DNA of 63,222 bases, counting the filler, from Octopus bimaculoides (taxonomy: Eukaryota): NCBI RefSeq assembly GCF_001194135.2. It is 3 parts of 3 records of this genome, joined end to end, with 100 filler letters (N's around TTAATTAATTAA, not from the genome) between each part and the next. Parts side by side here need not be neighbours in the genome. Positions count along the whole stretch, not along the records: positions 28,527 to 55,696 come from NC_068984.1; 2 more parts are not named here. One strand, written 5' to 3'. The notes under the pieces were generated by a model that saw only the letters and a list, made by a program, of their open reading frames with translations, did no database searches and was not told the DNA's origin. Both the position numbers and the translations under genes were made by a program. Below, piece by piece: positions 33,601 to 48,556 of the stretch; the stretch's first letter is position 1; each line of letters begins with the position of its first letter.

Positions 33601-36214
33601 NNNNNNNNNNNNNNNNNNNNNNNNNNNNNNNNNNNNNNNNNNNNNNNNNNNNNNNNNNNNNNNNNNNNNNNNNNNNNNNNNNNNNNNNNNNNNNNNNNNN
33701 NNNNNNNNNNNNNNNNNNNNNNNNNNNNNNNNNNNNNNNNNNNNNNNNNNNNNNNNNNNNNNNNNNNNNNNNNNNNNNNNNNNNNNNNNNNNNNNNNNNN
33801 NNNNNNNNNNNNNNNNNNNNNNNNNNNNNNNNNNNNNNNNNNNNNNNNNNNNNNNNNNNNNNNNNNNNNNNNNNNNNNNNNNNNNNNNNNNNNNNNNNNN
33901 NNNNNNNNNNNNNNNNNNNNNNNNNNNNNNNNNNNNNNNNNNNNNNNNNATATATAAACAGAATAGACACTCGTGGCGACACTCAAGAGACGGTTGCACG
34001 ATATAAGAAAGAATTCACACTACAGAGTGTTCAATTGCGTAGAAATACTCGTAGGCTGTCACACATTAAAATGATAGAAACAATCGTATTTGATCTCACC
34101 CGTTTATGTTCCTCTCTTTATCCATAGACATATGTGCCTTTGCCTGTGCTCATGTATGCGAATATGTATGTACGTAATAAATTTCGTTCACACACACATA
34201 TATGTATGTATATATGTATGTATATATGTATGCATGTGTGTATGTATATATATATTCAGAGAGATAGACAGACGTGGTAATTCTAATGTCACACCATGGA
34301 AGGAAAAAGTTAGAGAAAAGCCATATATCCAGCTTGTAATGCAGTCTAGGTGAGGTATGGTTCTGTTTTCTTATTTGTATGAATCCCAGTGTGTGATAAT
34401 GTCTATATCACATGCCTCGAAACAATATTGCATTCTCTAAAACCATAGGTTGTCTTTTGCATTATTAAATCGGATAAGTGTTTTGTATTCCCAAGTCGCT
34501 CTAAGTTGCAGATATGAAGATAGATGGAAAACTTTAGAAATTACTTTTATATCTTCTTTAATTTCTACGTCTAAATAGATTTATACTTGTATGTTTGTAT
34601 TCTCAGTTTGTGCTTGACATATAGTTGAAATGCACATGTGTATACGCGTGTATGTGTGTGTGCTTTTATTTGTGCCATTCTCTATACATATTTCACTGTG
34701 TTTTGCACATTAAATATGAAATTGTCTCAGGAAACAAGTGTTGTATGTTTCACTGGCATATTTCTTGAAATATAATATTTCTCTTCCTACAAACTTCCAG
34801 CATCTCTGGGACAACATTTATTTTATAATCATTAAATTTTGAAGTCCGAGCACGTTAACATAATCTAATCGCTCACCATGACTTGTAAGGTATCTCACCT
34901 GTCAGATTTCATCAATATATAACGACTACAAAAATATTAGACGCAGATCACGCAGTCGCTTCACAACAAGCGCAGCTACACATATATATCCATTATCATA
35001 ACACAATACTATAAATTCGGTAAAGAATTCTTCCTAAACGGATAATTCATTATTTTTCCATTTAGTTTCAATATTTCAGCTTTTGTTCGTGTTTTAAATC
35101 TTCGATTTGTAATGACAACACACAGAGTTCTTCAATACATACTTCTATGGATTAACGTCGTGTAAAGTAAACAGCAAGTAGTCAGAATATATGACTAAAG
35201 ATGGAAAGAGGATTTGCAAATCCTACAACAGATTTAACTTTAATATTTATACGATTAATTGTTTTCGTATTATGTTTACGTATTAACTGTCGTTATTTCA
35301 GTCAGTTTATCTTACTCTTCAATTGATGAAAATTTGTGTATAGCTCTCTGGTCTTCCGATGTTAGCTTCACATCTTGGTACCGTGTTCGATATGACTGCG
35401 CAGGTCGTTTTTACTTTTACACTATAACCCTAGAATCATAAACACACGCACGCCCCCCCCACACACACACACATACACACAAAAACTACCAGACGCGCAG
35501 AAGCACGTCCCTAGAACAGGAATGGATTAGTGAAATGCTTTTGTTTAAATGTAGATGTAAAATAAATATTTTCCGCAACTAATTCCAGTTATAATCGACA
35601 TCATTTTCATTATTTTACTTCGCCTGTTAGAGATGATGGCGGTGGCAACAACGGCTTTAGAAGTGGTGACGTTTGTGGTGAAACTAGTATTGTTGTTGGT
35701 GGGGTGGGGGAGCGAGTGATGGTTATAGAGCTAGTGCCTTTGGGTGTTGCACTGGTTTACTTTTGCCTCAGAATAATATTTAATATGTAGGATTACATTT
35801 TGATGCATGGTACTTATTACGATTTTTCCTTAATTTTTTTTCTTAATGGGATTGTGCATCTTTTAGAGCATTCATGTTCAGATCCTTCTGAACTTTATTC
35901 AAACGACATGGCATGTTTTCATGCAAATTTGCTTTCTCCACTCTAGCATGCCGAGTGTTTATGTAAAATTTAATTTTCTGGTTTGTTTTATCAATAGCTA
36001 CTCAGCCCGCAGATAAATTAATTTCCCATCGTCTTGTCCTGTGTACTTCTAAAATAATATTCGTATTTAACACTTTCCGTATGTGATACTTCATCTATAG
36101 TTTACTGATGGTTATGAATACTAACAAAAGATAATGTTTAAATATATTATAGTTATCTTAAAATCATTGCCGTAAATGTAAATATGAATGTGGATGATCA
36201 TTATAAGAGGAATA

Positions 36215-36430
36215 TGAGGTGGTGAGCTGGCCGAAGCATTAGCACGCCATGCAAAATGCTTAGCGGCATTTCGTCCTTCTTTAATTTCCGAGTTCAAGTT
36301 CTGCAGAGGTTGACTTTGCCTTTCATTTTCTTTGGGGTCGATAAAATAAGTGTTACTTGAACCCTGTTATCGATGTAACCGACAGACTACCTACTCTGAA
36401 GTTGCTGGCCATGAGCCAAAATTTGAAACC
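36215..36430 (+). mobile_element. Meta-type tRNA SINE
   Basis: GAGCTGGCCGAAGCATTAGCACG head, GAGTTCAAG B-box, GGGGTCGATAAAATAAG. Confidence 0.85.
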
Positions 36431-36746
36431 AATATATGAGGGAATATGGGTACACACTTAATCAAATAATATATGATCAGATCAATGGATTAAAACTACG
36501 ATAACATTATTGTACTACCATAAAATAGTGTCTGATGATCTTATAAAACTTTAGGGAAATATCTCCTTTTCTTAAATATAAGACACGAAATACTCAAACA
36601 TTCCGCAGAAATATATTTTTATCCCTAAACCATTCTAAAACTTAGTTTTTCAGACATTCAATATAAATTTTTACAAAATATATATTTCTTTATGCACTCA
36701 TTCTTATATGAATATTTTTACATTCTGCTTCATTTTGCTGCTGCTA

Positions 36747-36780
<34 letters not shown>

Positions 36781-39192
36781 GTGGTAACATTACTTAGAGT
36801 TAAAAGCTAAATGCCTTGACCAAAGACACAATGCTGCAATGCTGTCATATTAAACCGGCAGCCATAGAATGTCACCGTAGATGTTGAGATCATTCTCTCT
36901 TGATTGTAAATGTTTTAATTTAATGGTATTCCTGAGTCACAACCAAGTAGTTTAGTATGTATGATCCATATGTCATGTGAAGTAAATGTGTGATGCAAAT
37001 GTCAAATTTGACTTAGTTGGCGCGATAATATTGAGCGTTAATGACATAAAAACAGACACAATGGAAATATGTAGCCACAGGTAATTTCAGATAGACCTGA
37101 CATATGATCAATATTTCCCCAGGCATGGGCATGAACACTTTTAACTCTGGATGACATTAGCATAAGGAATATGATCTGAGTTGTTTAATTGCTGAATTTT
37201 TCAGACCAAGTAAACGCACGTAGCATCAATACAGTGAAACTGACAACGTAAATATATTCATATTACAATGAATATATAAAGAAATAAATATTTTCTAAAA
37301 GCATTTATTGGATGTCTGAAAATAGAACAAAACACTTTGATAGATACTGACTCTAAATAATGCTTTAAAAAAATTTGAAATATGTCATTTTTTTATCCTC
37401 GATACTCAAAATTTTCTCTGTATCACTTGTATCAAGACATCCCCCATATCCCAACAGCATCACGTGAATTCCCAGCTATGTACAACAACATAGGTATATA
37501 GAAATGCAAGTCATTACCAGACTTTAAGAAAGTATAACCCTCGTATCATTATTTACCGACTAAGCATCTTTGAGATGCGAGGATTAGCTCACGGCTGAAA
37601 ATATAGAGGAAATTATGTAAATTTCCTGTCAACTTGCATTTGTAGAAAGTTTTGCCAATTTTATGTAAATTGCTGATTTGGGACTCAAGCTAGTCAACAA
37701 GAATGTCATGAGGATCTTCATTTTGCTGCGCGTGATGCGCTTCCAGCTTCTAATTCTACGCTTCTCCTAACTATTTCAATCTACTTATGAACGCATTTAT
37801 TGTGTTTCGTTTTATTTCTATAATAATTTACAATATATGCAATATAAAAGAACTTACTGAGAAGCTCTTCTGTATCTTCTATGTTTTACATCTTTACTTA
37901 CAACCTACAGGTATGGAGAAATGATCACAAAATTATATAAGTATGTTTTGGTACATAAGTAATTTATAAACATTTAAATATAAATCTATGCAAATACATA
38001 TTTATATGTATGATGACTGTTGTCCACATAATAAAAGTCACAAAACATTGATACCGAATGTTTAGATGAAGAACTGGACACCTCTCTCCGGCACAAATAT
38101 TCTGTTCCCGAGCAGCATGTATAGGAAAATCCAACCACAACCAATTCCTTTTTATTTCCTCTGAATACATGGCAGATTTCTCGATACATTCCATCTGATA
38201 ATCACGAAGAAAATTATTTTTTTATTGATATTTATCCTTCATCGTCTTCGGTTTATTTTCACTGCCATAACTGGTTACAACAGTAAAACAAGCTTATTTA
38301 TTTGTAATGAGTCTTCGTTTTATAAATTAAACAATGTTTTTTCGTAGAGTTCGGGTAAGATATTTTTCATGCGCTATCCACTTCTCGCAACTTTACTTAA
38401 CATGCCGTATACTTTTACTTTTAATATCACTGTTATATCATGTTTATTTATTCTTACGATCACCGATAAACGCTAGTAATTTTTGCAAGCAAGGCCAGAG
38501 GCTACATTCCTCTCATCACATCTGTATAGGATCAAGGAAGCAGAGAATTCGCTTGCACAAATGGAGGCACATTTTTCAGCGAGCAATATGTGCTCAGAAT
38601 TGTATGAAATGAATTTGTTGATATATGTTCCTCTGCTAGCCTCAATTGGTGAATTAAAATGTTATATTAAAGGTCCTTTTGGTACTATTTCGTATATTGA
38701 AGTAAAACGGAGAATAGTAAAGCATGTGCAATTCGCTTGAAATTTTAGGTGAATAAAGAGAGATAAGTAACCTCCGCAACTATATGCATGAGAATGCATA
38801 CATAAAACATACAAATCTGCACATACATACATAAATACATACATACATACATACATACATACATACATACACAAATACTCTATTGCTGATGTTGAAATTC
38901 AGATGAAGGAGTCTTGGATCTAGGTGAGGAAACGGGACTTTCTCTATTGGCAAAAAATCTTGAAATAAACTGAATAATGACATACGTATATATCAGAGTA
39001 AGCACATACATGTGAAACGAGGTGGAAAAAAACAATACTCGAATGCCGAAGATTGAGTAATATGCCTTATTTATAAAGCAGCAAAGACACCACGAAAGCT
39101 GCTACCGTTCGTTGGGACGTTCTCTGCCCGACGAAAAGGAACGTAAAACTTTGAGTAACAGTTTTTGTAATTTTTACAGAATCTTTACTATA

Positions 39193-39269
<77 letters not shown>

Positions 39270-40211
39270 TGTATGCAAGTATGTGTATATATATATATAT
39301 ATGTATGTATGTATAGACCTTTGTTATTTTGCTCTGTATCATAAGTTAAGAACTCTTCATAATATGAATCATAAGACTATATAGATTAAACATTATTAAT
39401 GCCGACTTCATTTTCCCAGGCATAATGGATCTAGAACTACCTATTCTATGCACCCAGTGACAATACAATATGTGCGAGCAATTCCAGGGAAATATTTCGT
39501 GTGCTTATTACTAACAAATCAACTGTATGCGTGCATTCTAGATACCCCGTTGAAGATTATTTTATTATCTTTCTTAAGGAAATCATATTTGAAAGGGAAA
39601 ACAGGCACGGTGAAATATCAACAAATTTACAGATGGTAGTTATTTTCAAACCATAGAGTGGCCGAAAAATATTATAGTAATATTTTATTCTTTGAATAAG
39701 ATATTACTAGAATATGTTATTCTAGTAATAAAATATTACTTTGAATGAAGGCACTATGCTTCCGTGTATTAAATGGAAATTATTTTTGTGTTTATAAGCC
39801 ATGTTAAGTAAGTATATTTCTACTTTTGAATAAGACTGTGAATTTTATATTCGTCAGAATAATGCGATTTACTTTCTGGGCTTTAATATAGTATAAAGCC
39901 ATAGCTATATAAATGAAATAAAGTCACCTGAACTTTTTGGGCTCTGATATGGAATGCAACCATAGCTACTGATAAAGTATATAAATCATAACGTTTTAAA
40001 TTACTTCCAGGATATTTTGATATTTTGTATGGAAACATTCGATGCATCTAAAGAATTGTACGGCGGAAATATGAAAGTTATTTAATTTGGACAACATAAA
40101 ATATATATTTAATTAATAGTACATTACGTGGCGGAATAAATGTTATTGTGTTCTTACTGTTCTATCGGTTACCGATATACAAAATGTATTTTCAGTACGT
40201 GTATGTGTGAG

Positions 40212-40645
40212 GGAATGTGGCTGTGAGGTAAGAAGCTTCGTTCTCATTGGCATGATTCCGGGTTCAGTCACTCTGTGTGGAACCTTGTGCAAGTATCTTG
40301 TCTTATAGTTTCGTGCCGGCTAAAGCATTGCGAGTGAAAAATTCAATGGAGCCCGTCATGTGTGTATGTGTTTGTGTGTGTATGTGTGTGTATGTGTGTG
40401 TGTGTGGGTGTGTGTGTGTTTGTGTGTGTGTGTGTCTTTGCGTGTGTCTCTTTGTGCCTGTGCTTGACAACGTGTGCGTTGGTGAGTTTACGTTCCCGTA
40501 ACCTTGCAGATCGGCTTAAGAACCCGATAGAGTAAGTACCGGTACTAGAAGTTAAAATAAATACTGGGATCGACTCATTCCACTGTAATTTGTTCATGGC
40601 TATATCCCATCCACCGTGGCCACAGCCTAATAACTGAAACATGTA
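40212..40645 (+). mobile_element. Old copy of dominant SINE
   Basis: GGTAAGAAGCTT..CGGGTTCAGTCAC..CCTTGTGCAAGTATCTT head; GATAGAGTAAGTACC..TGACTGAAAC-like tail. Confidence 0.75.
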
Positions 40646-41154
40646 CAAGGTAAACGGTATATGCGTATGTATATATATCTATGTTGGTATAAGGTTGGGC
40701 TGAAAAGATAGTAGGTTCACTATGAAGGAATGCAGCTAGAGCTGTGAAATCTTGCATGCATTAGTTTCAACCCACCTTATTTATAACTTCTGCAAATTAT
40801 AAAGACGATCATATTGAAGAGTTGCGGACAATTACGGAAGTAATTACGTCAGTAGCTGACAACAAAACCTGTGTATGATTAATTTTTATATTTTGTATCA
40901 TTTCATTTGTCTTGCTGGCTTACGATCTGGTGTTTGCTGAATTTTCTTGGGAACAATCTTTTCTTCATCACGCACCGTTAGAAATGGACGCTAAAGTCTT
41001 TTAATTACCATAAAATCTTTTATTCTCGAAGATTTTAAGGTAGTAAAAAGGACCTTAGCTTCTATATCTAACGGTGTGTGGTGAGGCCTAAATCTGACTC
41101 CTTGTTATAATTATGTATATAATTATAAAATAATTTATATGTATATGTGTATAC

Positions 41155-41189
<35 letters not shown>

Positions 41190-42355
41190 NNNNNNNNNNN
41201 NNNNNNNNNNNNNNNNNNNNNNNNNNNNNNNNNNNNNNNNNNNNNNNNNNNNNNNNNNNNNNNNNNNNNNNNNNNNNNNNNNNNNNNNNNNNNNNNNNNN
41301 NNNNNNNNNNNNNNNNNNNNNNNNNNNNNNNNNNNNNNNNNNNNNNNNNNNNNNNNNNNNNNNNNNNNNNNNNNNNNNNNNNNNNNNNNNNNNNNNNNNN
41401 NNNNNNNNNNNNNNNNNNNNNNNNNNNNNNNNNNNNNNNNNNNNNNNNNNNNNNNNNNNNNNNNNNNNNNNNNNNNNNNNNNNNNNNNNNNNNNNNNNNN
41501 NNNNNNNNNNNNNNNNNNNNNNNNNNNNNNNNNNNNNNNNNNNNNNNNNNNNNNNNNNNNNNNNNNNNNNNNNNNNNNNNNNNNNNNNNNNNNNNNNNNN
41601 NNNNNNNNNNNNNNNNNNNNNNNNNNNNNNNNNNNNNNNNNNNNNNNNNNNNNNNNNNNNNNNNNNNNNNNNNNNNNNNNNNNNNNNNNNNNNNNNNNNN
41701 NNNNNNNNNNNNNNNNNNNNNNNNNNNNNNNNNNNNNNNNNNNNNNNNNNNNNNNNNNNNNNNNNNNNNNNNNNNNNNNNNNNNNNNNNNNNNNNNNNNN
41801 NNNNNNNNNNNNNNNNNNNNNNNNNNNNNNNNNNNNNNNNNTATATATATATATATACGCATACGTACATATATATGTATACACATACGTACATATATAT
41901 GTATATACATACACATATGCATACATACAACCATATATACACATATACATGCATGCATACACACACATATATGTATAAATACTAAGCTTTTCTCTTGCCT
42001 CTTTCGCCGTACTCTTAAAGGGACGTTGTTTCTTTCTCACTCAGTTTGCACTCGGAATTCTTTGAATTCATGGACCTGCTCTTAACGCTGTTACTATGAA
42101 ACGACTTCTAGTGAAATGTGTAAATTTCTACCTATAATTCATTGACCATTACAATTTGAAAGCAATTTAATCCGGGAATACCTGTGTTGTATGTTACACA
42201 AACTGGAGTAAATAAGTAAGCGTTTAGTCAAAACTATTTTATTCATATATATTTCCGTCATAACTGCCATATTTGGTGTACGTTACCATGTATATATTTC
42301 TATTTGAAATTCCTACTCATTTGAATGTATTGAGGGGTTTTATGAACACGAATGT

Positions 42356-42409
<54 letters not shown>

Positions 42410-42795
42410 TATATAGATATACATATTGTGTTTGGGGCGAGACATATTGTTTTAATGCTTTATTATCTAACACATTCATCACTTCGGTTTCCACTCAATT
42501 ATTATTTATATTTTATCTTCAAAAGGTTTTCTTTGAGCATGCAACATTATCAATGAAAGCTGACTGTTCGTTATTAGAGCTTGCGTTTTTTTCTCTGTTT
42601 CTGCGCATGCATGTGTGTCAGAGTCCATATGTGCTTGCGTATGCACATTATATGTATGCATGTATGTATGTATGTATGTATGCATATGTACATATTTGTG
42701 TGTATATGCATATATGTATGTGTGCGTGTGGGTATGTATGCATTCTGCATATTCATGTGAACATGAGTTCACATAATCTTGCCAGATACGAAAAA

Positions 42796-42990
42796 TATAC
42801 AATTATAGTTAAGGGATACTGGAAATAACCAGCACCTGCGCTAGAAGTAGATGCCAAATACCTACACTTCACTCTAAAATTTGTTCTCTATATTCAATAT
42901 ATATTGAATATAGTGAACAAAGTTTAGAATGGATTGTAAATATTTGATATCTACTGGTTATTTCCAGTAGCTCTTAACTATAATTATATT
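42796..42990. repeat. ~195-bp imperfect palindrome
   Basis: AATTATAGTTAAGGGATACTGGAAATAACCAG vs CTGGTTATTTCCAGTAGCTCTTAACTATAATT; centre TATTCAATAT|ATATTGAATA. Confidence 0.85.
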
Positions 42991-43113
42991 GTTATAATTA
43001 TATACGTAAAAAAATTCACGTTACCTATACAGTCATTTTATTCACTAGGCTACTGATGAAATCATTTTTATGATTATATCCTTGTCTTACCTCGTCTTAT
43101 AAGTTTATAAGTG

Positions 43114-43159
<46 letters not shown>

Positions 43160-43238
43160 GCTGTCTTCGTATATGTATTCAGAAAAATGCACTTTTATAA
43201 ATACAAACACTACTTCAAATGTAGACACACACTCACGT

Positions 43239-43321
<83 letters not shown>

Positions 43322-44091
43322 CACGCAGAAAGAGAGATAGAATGTGTATACAGGACGGAGCTATGCTCATTCGGAAATAGGGTTCAATTAGATATTCCTT
43401 TGTGAACCTATTTTAAAAGTAATCTTTGACAGATAACTAGTTGGGTGATATGCAATTAGTGTTTTCGGGGAGGGAGAGGTTTCCCAGAATTAGCTAAGTG
43501 AAATTATAATTTAGAGCTCAGTGAAAGTCATGTATTTAGTTTATATCGTTAAGAAAAATAGTAATAAATGAGAGAAAAATAGAGAAAGAGGGTGAGGTTT
43601 AGTGTGGTGACGTATAGACCTGCCCTCCCACATAAACTCAGTTATTTAAAAAATTCTTAATTTCCCAGATGTTTTGAAAATTATATCACATGAATCAGCA
43701 GAAAATTATTCCCTCACTACCATTGATGAAATATTCAACGAAAGAAATCTAGAAATATGTTCTCATACCTTATGAGAATATAATTTCAGGTGTTCGTCAA
43801 TTTTGCAACGAATTGTAAGAGATATATGAATATGTAAAACAACTTTTCAATTTGTATTACATTAAATATAAGAAATTCTTTTTATAAGAAATCAATATCT
43901 TCTTTTAATTCTATATTCTAGCAGGTAGTAATCGGGGACTAACTGAATGTGCTCTTATATTCTCATGTGTCCAGTTAATGATAAAAACCATAACATTGTT
44001 TGGGTGTTTATAGCTGAACAAATATTACTTATACACACGGACAAACAAATACACGCACACACATACACACACACTCATACACACACACACT

Positions 44092-44125
<34 letters not shown>

Positions 44126-44403
44126 CATATATATATATACCGATAGATAGATAAAGATATAAATGATGGAGAAATATTATGTTGATATTTATTCAACAAT
44201 AAACATCAAAATATCAGGACAAATTTGCTTCAGTAATTCCAAAACATGTAAATAGCATATATTATCGTATTTAATAATAAATAAGCTACTTACATGCCTG
44301 CATTAATTCGAAATACAAAACGTTCATTCACGATAATGCAGAATATGGGTTACCGCTTCGGGCGAAATTGTTTAAACGTTAAATACACATCGACTTTACT
44401 ATA

Positions 44404-44589
44404 TTGGGTTGGCAAGACTGTAATTTCGTTTTTTTCTTTTATAGTGTGAAATAAAAATCGATTATATATTTTGTTCGATATTTTCCATTTTGCCATCTTT
44501 CTGGCAACTTCATGATTCCGCGCTCATAGAACTTTTGGTTGTAACTCTATATATTTGGGAAAACCGAAATTACTTTCTTGCCAACCCAA
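44404..44589 (-). mobile_element. Mariner (Hsmar1/MADE-like TIR) internal-deletion MITE
   Basis: TA|TTGGGTTGGCAAGA-TGTAATTTCG ... CGAAATTACTTTCTTGCCAACCCAA|TA; internal minus-strand YERGIMKLPERWQ = mariner C-terminus. Confidence 0.9.
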
Positions 44590-44828
44590 TACCTTCTAAA
44601 CTTTATAGGATATACTCACTCTGCGTTAAGATTTAAAAAACGAACTACGACTTTTCTGATAAGTTAAAGGGAATTTAAGTAATATAGTGTAAAATGAATA
44701 TCGTATAAACATTATTAGTATTCAGAAAATGACCAAGCATGAATTATCATTATACTATACATGGTGTATTTAACTATATAGATAGATAACTATACAAACA
44801 TTTATATTTATATATGTATATATATCCA

Positions 44829-44893
<65 letters not shown>

Positions 44894-44903
44894 NNNNNNN
44901 NNN

Positions 44904-44941
<38 letters not shown>

Positions 44942-44986
44942 ATATATGTATACACACATCTACACATGTACAGGCATACACACTCA

Positions 44987-45022
<36 letters not shown>

Positions 45023-46034
45023 GAATTTGAGAAACCTATATCCACGTAAAGGATTGTTAGAAACAATACTGATGCCAACTGGGTTTAACCAAATATATTG
45101 ATAGGATGAAAATATGTAAATATTATCCTCAGATACGTTATTTTGTATCTCAAGACTAAAGTACACTTATTTTTCATGAAGACATCTAACAATATACAGA
45201 TTATTGCATCTTTTAAAGTCATAATTATTGATAATTCTTAAATATTGTTATATCGAAACATAAATGTGTATGTAGAGTATCTTTTTCTTTTTGATATTTT
45301 GGGTTATTTTGTTGGTTGGGGCGGTTCCATTCATTCTCTTATAGGTATAGTTTGTCATATTTTAATTTGCATTTCATTTCCAATCGTAATACAAATAAAA
45401 CAAAAACAAACATCTTTTTAATTTTTCTTCTCCATTTTCGTTTATTGAATTTTTAATTATATATACATTTATATTTATGAAAATTTGTTTTGGAGTTTTA
45501 AAATGCACGTGAATCTCCAAACGTGTAGCCTCTTTTAAATCTTGCAATAGATTTATTCAAATACCAAACAGTTTGCGAAAATGTTTTGCTAATCAATGGT
45601 AAAAATAAATATATAAAGGGTTGAGGAGAGTCTAAAATTACAAGGTGAAATTTGGAAAAAAAGAAAACATGTTTAAACGATCAACTATCCATGTGTTCAC
45701 AGAAATTTCAATAAGATTGACTGTAATATTAGTGTATATGTTGGATAAACATCATAACAAATATACATGATTGAAAATGCGATCATATTAAGTTTAAAAA
45801 TAAGGGGCAAATAAGAAAAAAAAGATGGAGTGAAGTACAAAAAGTTTTTTTGTTTCCAATGTATTTGGTAATGCTTGTCGTTCTTTTCTCAGTTGCAGTC
45901 GAAGTGCATGTGTCTCTTAACCTAGTCCGAAGTGTTTTAAGTCCAAATGTTTTAATATTTATGTATGCGTATGTGTGTGAGGTGGGGGGGGTCGTGTGTG
46001 TGTGCGCGAGTGCGAACGTATGCATGTATGTATT

Positions 46035-46247
46035 CTTTTACTTGTTTCATTCATTTAATTGCGGCTATGCCGGAGCACCGCCTTTAGTCGAGCAAATTGA
46101 CCCCAGGACTTATCCTTTGTAAGCCTACTACTTAGCATATCTGTCTGTTTTGCCGAACCGTTATGTTACGAGGACGTAAACGCACCAGCATCGGTTTTCA
46201 AGCGATGTTTGGGCGACAAACAGACAAATACACACACACACACATAC

Positions 46248-46286
<39 letters not shown>

Positions 46287-46445
46287 CGACGGCTTCTTAC
46301 ACTTACCGTCTACCAAATCCACTCACAAGGCTTTCGTCGGACCGAGGCTAGAGTAGAAAACACTTGCCGAAGGTGTCACACAGTAGGACTGAACCTGAAA
46401 CCATGTGGTTGGTAAGCAAGCTACTTACGACACAGCCACTCCTGC
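46035..46445 (-). mobile_element. Dominant SINE, near full length
   Basis: All diagnostic blocks present. Confidence 0.9.
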
Positions 46446-48237
46446 TCCAATGCATATATATTATGTTTTTATATTTCATGATCACCATGAGTGTTATATT
46501 CAGATTTGCATTCCCTAATTTGCCATTTTTCCATCAAATTCAATAGAAAAATCATCATCATCGTCGTCGTCGTCGTCGTTTTCTTCCTCGGCAGCGTCAT
46601 CTTAGTGTCTCTCATGTAAAAATACATCCTCCCTACGCATATATACAACCCAAGCGCTATCTTCATTATCATCATCATCATGAAAAATGTGTGTGCTGGC
46701 TGAATCATTTGTCTATCGAACAATAAAACCCAAGCAGTGTTTCTTCCGACTCATTACTTTTACCTGTGCAGTATTGTGGTTTTTGTCATCGTCTAACACC
46801 CTACCTCTAAACATTTATGGTCCAGTCTCTAAATTGAAAGCAATATTTGCTTTCATCACACCCCATTCGTTTGCAGAACGAAAGCAACCAGGCATTAGGA
46901 AATTTGGCATGAGGAAATTTATAAATTCACTTATCAAATTAGAGTACATTATACACAAGCCGATAGAATTCTAAGAGAAAGGAGACACGGAAACTCATAT
47001 TGTGTTGATATTATGGAAATAATAGGATTCTTCCACAAAGGATAGACTATCTTTAAAGAAGACAATTGCAACCTTTCATTAACAAAAAATATGGCTCTTT
47101 CTTTGCGAATTTAAAGAATTCTCTTTAGACCGAAGGTTCCAACAATTTACAGCAGACTACTACAGCCTAAAATGATATCCTACTCTTAGACGAAAACCGA
47201 TTTTAGTCTTGACGTTGGTTTCAGGGCTGAAAATATGATGGTTTAATGATTATGTCTTAGTGAGGTACGGAACTCAGATGTCCTCAAGGGATTACAGTGA
47301 GATGCGATTGCCATCAGTGATATTAGATTATGTTTGACACACTCACTCATCACACACATATAATACAACTGAATGATTCATTTCTTATGAGGCCCAACTT
47401 ATTCGGACGGTTTATTTGTGCTGTGGCATTTTACAAACGGTTATCGTACGAGCTGCTAAAAATATCCCGAATGGACACGAGCAACAGCGTTTTGATCCTT
47501 AGTTGTATTAAAAATAATATTTACACCATCTGCATTATGTTCAGTTTTCAAACAAATCTGTTAATTGATAATATTGGCGTCAGACACTCGTAGAATTATT
47601 TTCTCTAAATTGCAGGGACAATGCCATTAGATACAAGACAGATAGCCTACGATTTATATTTACAATGAGAGAAACATTTTTTTGGTTACTTTCTCCTGCT
47701 ATTTTGATGATATTTATAAATAGTGAACTTCATTCATATTAATTGTGAATAAATTAGATCCAACTATGAATGCATTTCTCACGGCAAAAGATGATTCTCT
47801 CTTGATGTATAATAACCATACTTAGACATGTGGACATTCAAGATGCGATCGATATATCATTTGAATTGTTTTTTCTCAAAAATGTCACTTCAATGATATT
47901 ATAGGATTAAAATCTTCTAGGTATTAAACAAATCTAGAGGGAGTCTCTAGCAATTAGATTGTGCATGGAAATTTAATTTTGTGCTTTCTTAATATTTTTG
48001 AACATTTCTCTTCCCTGTATAACACTTGCAAGATACTAGTGCACAGTCCTTTATATTTCTCCTGAAATCATAAGGTATGTTTTATAGGAGTATGCTTTAT
48101 AACAATCATTGCGTACAGACATCTTTGCTGCCCATATATTTACAATGGAATAATATTGTTCCATATTGTGTGCACAAAAATTCACGAGATTTCATAACCT
48201 TCGACAAGAATATTTTGCATTTAATCATTCAAATATG

Positions 48238-48556
48238 TGAAGGCGCTTGGCTCAGTGGTTAGAGCGTCGAGCTTACGATCGTGAGGTTATGAGTTCGAAT
48301 CCCGACCGGGCTGCGTATTGTGTTCTTGAGCTTTATTTCACGTTGCTCCAGTTCATTCAGCTGTAGAAATGAGTTGTGACGTCACAGGGGCCAAGCAGTA
48401 TCGGCATTCACGTTTCTCTTGGATAACACTAATAGCGTGGAGAGGGGAGGCCGGTATGCATGAGCGACTGCTGGTCTTCCATAAACAACCTTGTCCTGAT
48501 TTGTGCCTGAGAGGGTAACTTTCTAGGTGCAATTCCATGGTCAGTCATGACCGAAG
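48238..48556 (+). mobile_element. tRNA-derived SINE (octopus OR-type, tentative)
   Basis: A box TGGCTCAGTGG, B box GAGTTCGAATCCC, CORE-like TTGTGTTCTTGAGC..TTTCACGTTGCTCCAGT, tail CATGACCGAAG. Confidence 0.85.

Noticed and set aside
29056-34127. Long ORFs of 240-370 aa (also 3065, 41068, 53503, 55741, 56262)
   Set aside because: Consist of translated N-gaps and dinucleotide repeats
37895-37916. Overlapping AG|GT recursive-splice-like site (+) and 3-nt microexon-like site (-)
   Set aside because: Motif-level only, expected by chance in 63 kb without transcript data
46520-46720. Acidic poly-Asp or poly-Ser reading frames
   Set aside because: (CAT/CGT)n simple repeats with in-frame stops on both strands
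48238-48312. tRNA-like sequence with A and B boxes
   Set aside because: No complete cloverleaf or acceptor stem; continues into a SINE body
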